NCBI RefSeq assembly: GCF_011386835.1
Contig: NC_088795.1
Coordinates: forward strand, 29,140,001 to 29,204,000
DNA length: 64,000 nt
Direction: 5' to 3'
From: Chrysemys picta bellii
Taxonomy: Eukaryota
Within the stretch, counting starts at the first letter, position 1. Each line of letters opens with the position of its first letter. Made by a program: the position numbers and the translations under genes. The notes beneath the pieces are model-generated. The model was not told the origin of the DNA and ran no database searches. It saw nothing but the letters and a program-made list of their open reading frames with translations. Positions 37,431 through 48,575 of this stretch are shown piece by piece.

Positions 37431-38057
37431 GTCTTCTGAAGCCTCTTCCCAGGCCTTTTGACAGGAGAGAGACAGAGCGCCTTCTCCTTTCCTAGTCTCT
37501 CTCTTGCTGCTGAGCCCGGCTCCTGCCCCTCTCTCTCCTACACTGAGGAAGAGAGCTCTTTATATCCCCAGCATGCTTTGCCGCAAGGCCTAAAACTCGC
37601 TGGTGTCCCTTGGAGCCACAATGCCAAGAATGCTTCGCTGCAGAAACAGGGTAACATTTGAACCTGAGGCCTGCCGCATGCAATGTGCAGCAGGAAAACA
37701 GGATCAGGTCCAGTATTTGTATTTGGTGTGGATTATATATTGTGTATTTGCAGAGAGAGAGAAGAGAGGCTCTTAATACAGATACAAAGTTTTATTGTAA
37801 GATTAACATTATCTGGACACTTAATGACAGTTTCTGCACAAATCTTACATAATCTTGATATTAATCTTCCACGTTCACATTTCTCAGCTCTTTCAAACTG
37901 CCCTATAAAGAATGTGTGCCGAAACACCTATTTTACATTTACATGAAAACTTGGGCATAGATTCTTCTTTCCATTGGGAATCCTCAGCAGTCAGGAAGCT
38001 GAAGTGGGTATAATATTTTATATAAACTCTTGAATTGCACGTTTTAGATGGCCTCAC

Positions 38058-38079
38058 CTTTTGGAAGTACAGACATCAT
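38058..38079 (-). pseudogene. Candidate first coding exon of an unidentified gene
   Basis: ATG ATG TCT GTA CTT CCA AAA G|gtgagg (MMSVLPK); strong donor, phase 1, matching candidate exon 2. Confidence 0.3.
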
Positions 38080-38244
38080 GATGCTTTTGCTCAACCAAAC
38101 TCCCCCGAGTCACTCAGATGATCTAGCACAAAGAATGCTTTATCTAAGCATAAAAGTTCAGCTGCAGTCTGTAGCACACTGGTTGTGGACTTGGTGCCCA
38201 GCTTTCACAGTGCTTCATAGAAAAGTTTTCCGTTGAGTCTCTTA

Positions 38245-38446
38245 GGTCTTGGCTACACTCGGGACTTCACAGCGCTGCCGCGGCTGTATGTACTCCACCT
38301 CTCCGAGGGGAATAGCTTGCAGCGCTGCCGGCTTTGATTACATTGGCGCCTTACAGCGCTGTACTCGCTGCGCTCAGGGGTGTGTTTTTTCACACCCCTG
38401 AGCGCAGCAAGTTGCAGCGTTGTACACTGCCAGTGTAGCCAAGGCC
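38245..38446. mobile_element. PIF/Harbinger-like MITE (CpG-rich, relatively young)
   Basis: TTA TSD on both sides; TIRs GGTCTTGGCTACACT / AGTGTAGCCAAGGCC; internal hairpin gcgctcaggggtgtg / cacacccctgagcgc. Confidence 0.9.
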
Positions 38447-38504
38447 TTAGATACAGGATAAGACCCATCAAACAGAAAACAAGAGAGCTGATAATGCCTA
38501 CCAC

Positions 38505-38712
38505 CGGAAGAGCACTTTTCATCTTCAAAGTACTGTACAAACATTAACTAATTAATCTGCACAATAGCCCTGTGAGACTGGTAGGTAGGTGTTATTGTTG
38601 CCACTTTGCAGAGCAGCAAAACTAGAAAGAGGAGCTAAGTGACTTGCCCAAATGCACAGTGGAAAGAACTAGGATTAGAATTCTTGGTTCTCAATCCTGT
38701 GTTTAGACCACT
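38505..38712 (-). mobile_element. MIR/CORE-type SINE
   Basis: cttttcatcttcaaag...ccctgtgag...ctaagtgacttgcccaa...ggattagaattc, the antisense MIR-type core. Confidence 0.6.
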
Positions 38713-39820
38713 AATGAGACTCCTGTGTCTCATTTTCATATTTTAGCAAATAAATGAAACTTGAATCAACAGATGGAGATTGATCAAATTATTATAATTT
38801 CCAAAGGTTTATATATCTAGAAAAGCAGAACACATGGAGATAGCAGCACTATGTAGATATTTACATAAGTGCTTTATAAATTGAGATATTCTGCAGTTAT
38901 CACTGGAAGGAATCATTAAATTTCCTGAGTTGATAAATAGGAATTCCATGCATTACTCAAAATTTGAGAAACAAAGTCTATCACTGCTGTTATTCCTTTG
39001 ACAAATGCAGCCTGTAGTATTGTAAAATGCCTTTTGAGTCCTCACTGTATAATGCAGATTAAATCTGGAGAAATATTCTTACAGCATATATAACAAAGTG
39101 ACTACCCAAGGAACAGTAAAAAAAAAAAAACAAACCCTATAATATTTGTTTGTAATTAGTTTGCATTTTAAGGACCATGTGCAGCAATTTACAGTGTTTT
39201 AAAAAAATCTAATGTAAAACGTAATTAGTAAAATCGCCCCTTTCATGGAAACAAACAAAAACAAAACCACTTTTGATATTATCTCCAAGTGCCCCATCCT
39301 GGTGAAGTGCTTACTACTATGAGTAGCCCCACAGAAGTCAATGGACGTACTTGTGGTAATGATAATTTTGCATACTAGTGTTTGAAAGATCAGGCCCCAA
39401 GTTTGCCATCTACTACATGAGATTTCAGAAGACTATTTATTGAGCATATAAGAAAATATATTAACATATTCCTTCCTGTATGGGAAGAAAACATTTCTAT
39501 ATACAAGAAAGACATCATTATTAGTCACACACCACCAGATTTTTACAATACCTTTATCATTCCTGAAAGTTTCTCTGCTTTAATATATGTAGAAATAATA
39601 AATATGTACAGTACATCAGTTATGTAGCCATTAAGAAAACACAAGAGTCTTTCCAGCAGAAAACAGGAGGCATTTAAAGTATGGAAATTAAGAGCTAATC
39701 ATAGAACAATTAACACAAATGTCCTGCCTGTCTGTAGGAAGCTGCAGCTGATCCACATGTCCCCCGTGGAACTGTAACTTCAGAGGGCAGTTCCTGTATA
39801 ATGTGGCAAAAGAAGCAGCT

Positions 39821-39826
39821 TCACAT
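39821..39826 (-). CDS. EMCN: Candidate start of the EMCN terminal exon (ATG TGA, followed by AT-rich 3' UTR)
   Basis: Strong acceptor tttttattgccatttcag; phase 0 fits the preceding exon. Inference only; other acceptors (about 41.31 kb and 40035) are possible. Confidence 0.25.
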   Translation of the reverse strand: M

Positions 39827-41589
39827 CTGAAATGGCAATAAAAATCTCAAGATTATCATCCCTATTCAGATTAGTCAGTATCAACTATTGGCATACAAAC
39901 AAGCTTGTTGTTATGGTGCCAAAATCAAAAGAAAACTATTGGAATTATAGATGGAATGTTTATTCTCAATTGCTTACATCTGTAGGAATTCACATTATTT
40001 GTTCTCCCAGGGCAATATTTGATGAAAGGCCTCACCTGAGAACAAGGACTTGCCTCAGTTTATAAAATATTAATTGATTTCAATTGAGCAGTAATTTCTC
40101 ACCAAATCTGTCTGGTCACTGAATGTGCAAATTCATGAAAGAAAACTTGCTCCTTTAATTCATTTGCCAACATCAGGGGCACATTGGTGAAGTCGAACGG
40201 AGCACCAAGCAGAGCCCCAGCTTATAAGAGCACAGTGACCAAATTTCCCACTATGCCCATACAAAGACTGATCTTATGAATTTACTATTATTCTCCAAAA
40301 GGCCTTAGAATGAAGGACAGAGGCAAGTTTGGCCATTTGTACAATCAGATTCCCCCCCCGCCACCAAAATGACCAGTAAAAACATTGAGTGAATGCATTG
40401 TTTAGGAGCTGCTCCTGCTGCACTCATGGAAGCCAATGGGAGTTTTGCCACTTCCTTCAGTGCCAGCAGGATAGAGCCTTCTGTGCATTTCTCATTTGTT
40501 GTTTCTTAGCCATACTCACTCTGGGCCCTACCCTGTGATGTGCTGAGCACCAACTCACATTGGCTTCAAAAGGAGTTGAGAACCCTACTTCCTCCCATGA
40601 GGAACTTTGCAGGACCATGGGTTCTTCCCCAGAAATGGTGCCTCATTACTATATTCTTCACCAGTAGGTACTGTAATTTAAATGCTTTCTTTTTATCTAC
40701 TAGAGATCGAAACTGCTTCTTACGTATGCATTTTGATCTGAACACTTTTTATCTAAATGTACATAGTCTTTCTAATTCTATTTAAAGGTTCATTTTGTCT
40801 GATTCTGTCTGCTTGCTATCCATATCTTCATGCAGGCTTTGGTGCCTTTGCCTTGGCACGTATTGCTTGGTAGTCTATGCATCCTATATTCCCCAGAATT
40901 GTATATTGCCCGTTTGGGAAGTATATTTTTAAATATTATTTGACTTTAGCTCTCTGTGCCTATAGTGCTAATTCCCATCTATCCTAATGTTGTGCAGCAT
41001 GCTGCTCGTTGATTGGCTGCCGGCCTGAGCCCCGGAATGGCTGCGTTTCAGTGCTGTTGACTGTTTGAGTCCTATTCCTGCGATCAGACCCATGCAGTTA
41101 GACCTCTGCGCATATTTGGAGCACCAGTGAATCACTCATGTGGATCAGCTTGCAGGATTATGGTCCTGCTATATAAAGCTCAGTGTAGTAAAACGTGCTG
41201 TATGAATATCAAATATGTTTGCATTATATACATGAATTATAGAAAGAAAATATAACTTTTTTGCGTGGTAATAGTGATCAAGCTCTCTGTACACTACAAA
41301 AGCCACTTAAATGCCTCTGAAAATATTAATATTACTTTTAACTTAGCAGCTTCATTCATTCACGGCGGCAACCAGGTTTCTTTTCAGTGCTACAGAACTG
41401 CTGCTCATTACTGCTTCCAGCGGAAGCTGTTATGACTTCTAGTTAAGGTAGCAGAGTCTTAAATGCCAAATAGCTGTGTGTACTCAGGCCCTTATCTTCC
41501 CCCTCCCACTTCAAAAGGCCGGTCTGCATCCTGCAGAGAGGGGTAAAGAGATATTAAAAGCCAACAACCAACCAGTTAATTAAAATTGT

Positions 41590-44500
41590 GTGCTTGTGTC
41601 TGTGGGGGAGGAAATGTGGCAGTGGCCCTTTCGGAAAGGTCAGACAAACAAAGGGAAAGTGTGGCAGCAGCAGCAGCCATCTTGGGAGAGGTGCAACAAA
41701 CAAGGCTTTAAGATAAGAAGATCTAGATGTCTTGAAAGGAAAGAAATTCTCCGGTACAAAGATCTATCCACCACAAAACCAAGACATGGCCACAAAAGAA
41801 AGTAACTCCCCCTTCAGTAAACAAACTATAGATGTGGGTGGAGAAGCCCCAGTTACTGAGGCTGACTTGAAAGACCCACTGTTTAGAAATCAGAAAGATG
41901 AATAAAGTTGATGAGGGAAGAGTTCCAAGTTTGCTAGAGATATTTAAAAAAATGAAATTATAATAGACACAGAGAGCAGATATAATTTAAATTAAGGGCG
42001 CCTTCAAAAGTAAACTCCCAATCAAGGGCAAGCTTCTTTTTATGATCCTTTTTTTTAGGGATTTCAGAAGGTTTAGGGAAGGGGATATTATTCTAGGGGG
42101 ATTATAAGAAAGTACTTAATCCCACTTTAGATCAATGAAATGTACACAGAGGGCATGTGAGAGCAGCAAATGCAAATTTGTTGCATCATTGAGAAAATGA
42201 GGACCTGGGTGTATGTCTGGTGGGAAAAGAAACTGGATGTCTACTACTCATGGATTCTAGGAATTATATGATTTAAATGTTCTAGGCTAATTTGGTCAAA
42301 AATCCTAACCCAGAAATTATAACTTGGTCTGATCATGCTCCCTGCATATATTAATTTAAAAGATTGGGACTCAGTGGAAAAACAAAGGGCCTGACAGTAC
42401 AATAGAACTTTGTTGTATGACCCCCTTAAAATTTTCAGCAATATATAGAAAAAAATTATAAGGAAAGGATCAATAAGTGTTTTTGGGATGCTGGAAAGGC
42501 AGTAATGAGAGGGATACTTACAAATATAGCATCATACCTCAAAAAGTTGAGAACTCTTGAAGAAGAGAGATTGGTTAAAGAACTTTCTGTTTTGGAAAGT
42601 AAACATAACTCTACAGGATCTAAAAAAGAGTGTATAAGAAAATAAATGAGATAAGAGGGAAGATTAATCTGTTACAAAGACGAAAAGCTGAGCAAACACA
42701 TATATTAAACAAAAATATTATGAAAAGGGCAATAAAGCTGATATGGTTTTAGCCAGAAATTTAACAAAGGAACAGAATAAATCATCCATCCCTCTGATTA
42801 GAAATAAAAAGGGAGATTAGTAACTGGCATCAAACAGATCTCAGAAATGTTTGCTAACCTTTTCCATACTTGGTATACTTCAGAACATCCAAATCCTGAA
42901 CTTATAAGTAGATATTTGAGAAGTATGAAAATGCCTCAGCTCTCAGAGGACGATGGGGCAGCTCTTGATAGGCAAATTGCTGCAGAGGAAGTTGAAGTTG
43001 TAATTAAGAATTTAAAATCCAATAAAGCTGCAGGCCCCAATGGATTTTCTGGGGAGTATTATAGAGTTCTAATGCAATTGTTGGTCCTTATTTTAACTGA
43101 ACTGTTTAATAGTTTAATAATATTGCAGGGGAATGATATTTCAGATTCACTGAAAAAGAGGCAAATATTGTGGTCATTCCTAAAGAAAGTAAAGACCTTA
43201 CCAAGTGAAATTCATTCAGACCTATTTCTTTAATTAAAGTGGATGCTAAAATTTATGCCAAGGTGCTAGCAAACAGATTGGGTGTTATCGTGTACAAATA
43301 TATGCACCCTGACCAGTGTTGGTTTGTTGACAGGCATCTGTCTGATAATAGATTCAGAACTCTGAATTCGATCCGTAATGGGCATTCGAGCAATTCTTCC
43401 CAAGCACTTCGTTTTTGGACACTGAGAAAGCCTTTGACTGGCTGGAGTGGGAGTACCTCAGACAGATTTTGGTAAAGTTTCATTTTGGAAATCAGTTTTA
43501 TAGGGGCATTTTGCCCCTATATACTCATCCTCGCACATCTGCTTTGGTTAATGGTCATCAATCCCTTCCTTTTAATTTGTCTAGAAGTCTGAAACAGGGT
43601 TGCCAGTTATCTCCCATGTTGTTTGCTTTGGCAATGGAGCCATTTACAGTAAATGTTTAGAAGCAGCCCCTTGATAAAGAGCATCAAAACGCCTTCTTGG
43701 ATTAGAACACAAAATAAGTTTGTATTCTGACAACATCTTGTTATATTGCAGGATCCAGAAGCCTAGCTAGAAACTACAGAACAATTGACTTTGGAATTTG
43801 GACAGCTATCAGGCTTCAAAATAAACCGTTATAAATCTGAAATTTTAGGAAATATTCCCAAAAGGATCAAAGTAAATTGTTATCAGCTATATAAATTTAA
43901 ATGGGTAAAGGAATCCTAAATATTTTAAAGAGTTCTCCAATATTGTGGAGAAACAATTGTAGAGCACACTACCAGTTTGGGGTGTCTGCCCTGAGGTGAG
44001 CACTCATGGTCATTGAGCCATTCTAGACAGCATGACAATGCACTATTAACATTTGTATGGAAACATAAAAAACAAAAGGTGAGTTCTAAGCTTCTAAGGC
44101 CTACAATGTGGGATGAACTCGCTTTCCCAAATTTAGCTTATTATTATTATGCATCACCTTTAAAAGACATGATTCAAGTTAACAATAGAGCATCCAAACA
44201 CTGGGTAAAAACTCAAACAAAACAGAAGCCCAAATATAGATATTCCCAGTAATTGTTGGGTTAAAAAGAAATGTAGGTCACCAAAAAATAAAAAAAATAA
44301 AATCACCCATTCAACCAGACATCCTTAGCAGCTTTGGAGAAATTTAGTAAACTCCTGTTGCTTAGGCCCTCTCCTTTATCTACTTTCATTAATAATCAGG
44401 AATTTATCCCTAGGAAATAAAGTGACTATTAAATGTGGATATGAGCTGAGATTACTCAATTCTCACAACTGTTCCTGGGGCCTGATTTGAAATCATACCA

Positions 44501-45400
44501 ATATGAAGATCCCATATTTTCAATATTTACAACTCAGATGTTTTATTGTGAAAACTGGACACAAGGCAGCTCTATCTAGACCTTGAACCACATTGGAAGA
44601 GTTGGTCCAGGAGCAACTAAAATCAACAAATAAAAGATTTAATTTCTAAGATGTATACAATTTTGACTGGAAAAAAAATGTTGATAAGAAAACAACCCAG
44701 ATGAAAAGATGGGGAGGAATTTGGACAAAGAAACTGATCTGGATGACTGGGTGTCCATGTAGGAAAGGGGTTATACATCTCCAAATTGTGTAGCTCATAA
44801 AGAATTTTTTTTATAAATTACTATATAGATGGCATTTGACTCCGTTATATTTTTGCCAATAGAGAAGTGCTATGTTGGCGGGGTTGTGGTGAAAGAGGAA
44901 CATACTTGCACATCTGGTGGCTATGTCCAGGAACTGGAGAGTTTGGGGAGGAAATTATTAAGAGATCCACTGACTGCTGACTTAGTGCTCTAGTAAAAGA
45001 TCTGTATTTAAACAGCATGACAAATACATTTATTTTTTTCTTGCAAGCAGCTAAACTTTGTTTTTCACATTACTGGTAAAAGGCGACTCCGCATCCTATG
45101 GAATTTTGGTATAGTAAAATATGGACTGTCCTTGTCATGGCAAAGCTTTCACACCAAGTTTATACACAAGAGAAATGCCAAAAAGAGGATAGATTTTTAG
45201 AAATTTGGGTACCCTTTGTAGTGTACCCAGAGTAGGAGATCTTCCTAGCCAGCCAGCCAGAATCTTTAGCAAGGTTCTTTGAATATTAACTGGATCCTGA
45301 GTAACAAGTAATGTATGGAGTAGTATGTTAACATTTTATTATAACTTTGCCTTAATAAAAAGTAAATAAAATAAAATAATATAATAAAATAATAATAAAA
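41590..45400 (+). mobile_element. Decayed, internally deleted L1-clade LINE with A-rich tail, antisense to EMCN
   Basis: LKSNKAAGPNGFSGEYY; MDAKIYAKVLANRL; HPDQCWFV; DTEKAFDWLEWEYL; LKQGCQLSPMLFALAMEP; YSDNILLY (decayed YADD, about 43720-43750); LAFPNLAYYYYA. AATAAA followed by an (A/T)-rich tail at 45353-45400. Confidence 0.88.
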
Positions 45401-46315
45401 GCTATGACAAGTGGCTACTGTGAAAAGAGGGGCAAGGGTGCAACCATAGGGGGAAAAGATGAAAAGACATGACTGCCTGAAAATACTTTATATTTGAAGA
45501 ACAACACAGAGACCTTGATGGGTTTCAAGTTTTGACCTGGATGGATTCTCTAGAGACCCCTGCCTTCCTATATTCAAAAACCTGGGACAACATTTTCAAA
45601 TTTAAGATGACTGAAATCAAGCACCTTAATCCACATGGAAGCACCTAAATAAAAATGGCCTAATATGCAGAGGTCTGAAGTGTACACAACTTCCTGTGAA
45701 GCCAATGGGGTTGAGGGCTTAGCGCTCCTGTAAATCTGGCTGCTTTTATTTAGGCACATGACTTCAGACACTGGACTCAGAGGGTAAACATATGTTTAGT
45801 TCAGGTTCACAATCAAAAATGTAAAGCTCCACCCAATAGGAAATAATAGTCAACAGTCAAAGCAAGGAAATGCACACGTTAGGCCCCATCCCGCAAGGTA
45901 CAGGGTACCTCCATTTTTATTGACTTCAATAGATATTGAGAAAATAGCACCTCTTAGAATTATTTCAGCATAGTGCAGGATTGACTCTTATTTTAGTAGA
46001 ATGCTACCGCATGATATCAGCTGTAGCCCATATAGAAATCTTAACTTTTTGAGTACATGAGTGGCAAAATATCAGGCCAGAGCAATGGAGCAAAATTCTA
46101 ATATTGCTTTTGCAACATGGGAAAAAACCCCAGCTAATTTGTGATTCTAGTTCATGAAAGTTTAAGCAAAATGGCCTTAAGCTTCTTACTGACAGAAGTC
46201 ATTAGTTTTTTTCTGCTTACGGTTCTTTTCTTTTTGTTTTAGCTTAACTGAACCACGCTAATGATAACAGATATTAATGACAGTTACAGAAAACAGAATA
46301 AAAGAGTAAACATAC

Positions 46316-46389
46316 ATATTTATTGCCCAGGTGTGAGGAGGATTCATCATGTTGGTGAGTTCTATTCTTTCCCTGAGAGGAGTGTTCAC
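46316..46389 (-). CDS. EMCN: Endomucin cytoplasmic exon (74 nt), no stop codon
   Basis: Acceptor ccttctcttcgttag, phase 1. (G)EHSSQGKNRTHQHDESSSHLGNKY; donor TAT|gtatgt. Matches the EMCN tail GEHSAQGKTKN (human, recalled). Confidence 0.88.
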
Positions 46390-48496
46390 CTAACGAAGAG
46401 AAGGTACATTTTGATTAATTAGGCATAGAAACATAATGAGAAACAAGTGCAGCAAGAATACATCACAGGCTGCTTTGCAAAATTAGCCCAGTTTCCCTGT
46501 CAGAATTACACTGCATGCAACATTCTCCATTCCACTCCACACAGTGGATCTTGACTTGGCTATTCTGTATTCTCTGTAGCTTCAATTTAGAAAAACTGGG
46601 ATGGACTTAAGCATGCACTTAAGGCTTTCCTGAACTGTGGCCTAAGTGCTCATAAGTTCCATATATATCTGTTTTTCCAGAACACCCTATTTCCCATGTT
46701 ATTTCTGTTAATATCAATGGGAGTTCTATGCTTGTAGGTGGAGCAGAATATTGGAGTCAAGATCTGTGTGGGGCTGAAAATAACCCAAAACTGGTCTTGT
46801 GAAACACAGAAACATAAACTGAGTGCCTTTCTGTCCACTTCTCAAAGGGAATTTCTCACTAATACTGTACATGAATGAGACTAAATTAAGAGGTATATAT
46901 AGTTAAATGACAATAAAGTTTGAAACATCCTGGTAAAAATGTATCATATTTATCATGATTACATACTGTATAAACATACAAGTCAATACAAATCAGAGGT
47001 GCAGCGAATCCACTATGTTCTATTCAACTGAAAACTAAATTGTAGCTATTTATTTTAAATGAATAACTAATGGTCTCAAGTGACCCTTCCATGGGCAGCG
47101 ATCTATGCCCTACAATACAGTGCAATCTTCAGAGTTCAGCGGAGAGAGACCTTGCTATCCACTGGGATTCTATTAGAACTAGTTGAAATATCCAAAAGTA
47201 ATTTTACAATAAAAATTGACTGTTTTGATTTCAAAGTGTTTAAAATGGAACCGTTTTTTGTGTGTGTTTATTTGAATATTTTTTAAAAGTTCAAAATGTC
47301 TATCAAAAACATCAACAAAGTTATTGAAATGGTTATCAACACATGTTTGCTTACCAGTCCCCCATCCCAGTTTTTACTAAACAAAAAATATCAGGAACCA
47401 GTTCAGTAGCTTTTTACTATACAGATTTGGGGGAGGGGGAAGGGCGGAGGGAAGGGAAGGGGAAGAGGAAATATTAGAAAAAAAAAGTCCAGGGTTTTTT
47501 GGTGAAAAATGGAGCAGTTCAACAATATCAAAATATTTTCCGACAATTTTTGTTTTCAGACAAATGCCAGAAATGTCAACCAACTCTAGATGCAATACAG
47601 TTTTGTCCCAACCAACTGCACAGATTTTTAGGGACCCTCCCTGACATCTTTATGGGTGATAACAGTCCCCCCGCCCAACTCATTTTTTCTTCACCTGCAT
47701 GTTTTAACCTTGCTCCACTTTCGGTCATCTGTACAGCATTAAGAAATAGAGGGACTGGGGAAAGATAGGGAGTAGAGGGGAAGACAACAAATAGAACTGG
47801 TTGAAAAAATGGGGAAGGGGAGGAATTCCACAACAAAATTTGCCAAGATTTTTTTTGTAGAGTTTCAAATTTTTCAAGATTTTCTGATCAGCTCTTCTGC
47901 CAAAGGTATTTTCCCCATCCCTGTTACCCATCATGAAGACTTTATAAAAGAATCACAATGCCCCCACTGAAACAGGACAGTTCTAAAGCCTTGATCCAAA
48001 GCTGTTGATGTCAGTGTAAAGGCTCCCCTTGATGCGAATGATCTTTTGCTCAGGATCTAAAATGAGGTGTGTTTCTTAGAGCTAGCAATAATGACTGCTT
48101 CAGAAAGCTGAGTACCCAGACTCATCCCTCCAGGAGTAGTGAATTTACTTTCTTTAAGGTCCAGGGAACACAGGATTACATTAGTCTCTCCCTAGATGGC
48201 AGAGACATTTAGGCCAGGCACCCTGCCTAACACATGATCTAGTTAGAGAGTCCAGTGTGATGTATGTGACACCCATAGAAGGACTGATCCACTCAAAAAT
48301 TGCTAGGGGTCAATGTCCTCTTTGCAAGATCAATGAGCAGCCACTGAGAATTTGATCTGACAGTGCAATGCCTCTATGGTTTTTTTTAATTGGTTGTCTG
48401 TGTTAACATATCACCTGGTGGGGAGCTTTGTGGGTAGAATTCTAGAATAAACCATAACAATGCCTGCTCCATCTTTGCTCACATATTTGGATTACA

Positions 48497-48575
48497 GTGA
48501 GGTTTTTACCCACGAAAGCTTATGCCCAAATAAATCTGTTAGTCTTTAAGGTGCCACCAGACTCCTTGTTGTTTT
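48497..48575 (+). mobile_element. Penelope-like terminal fragment
   Basis: acccacgaaagcttatgcccaaataaatctgttagtctttaaggtgccaccagactcc, same family as 31005 and 51433. Confidence 0.7.
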
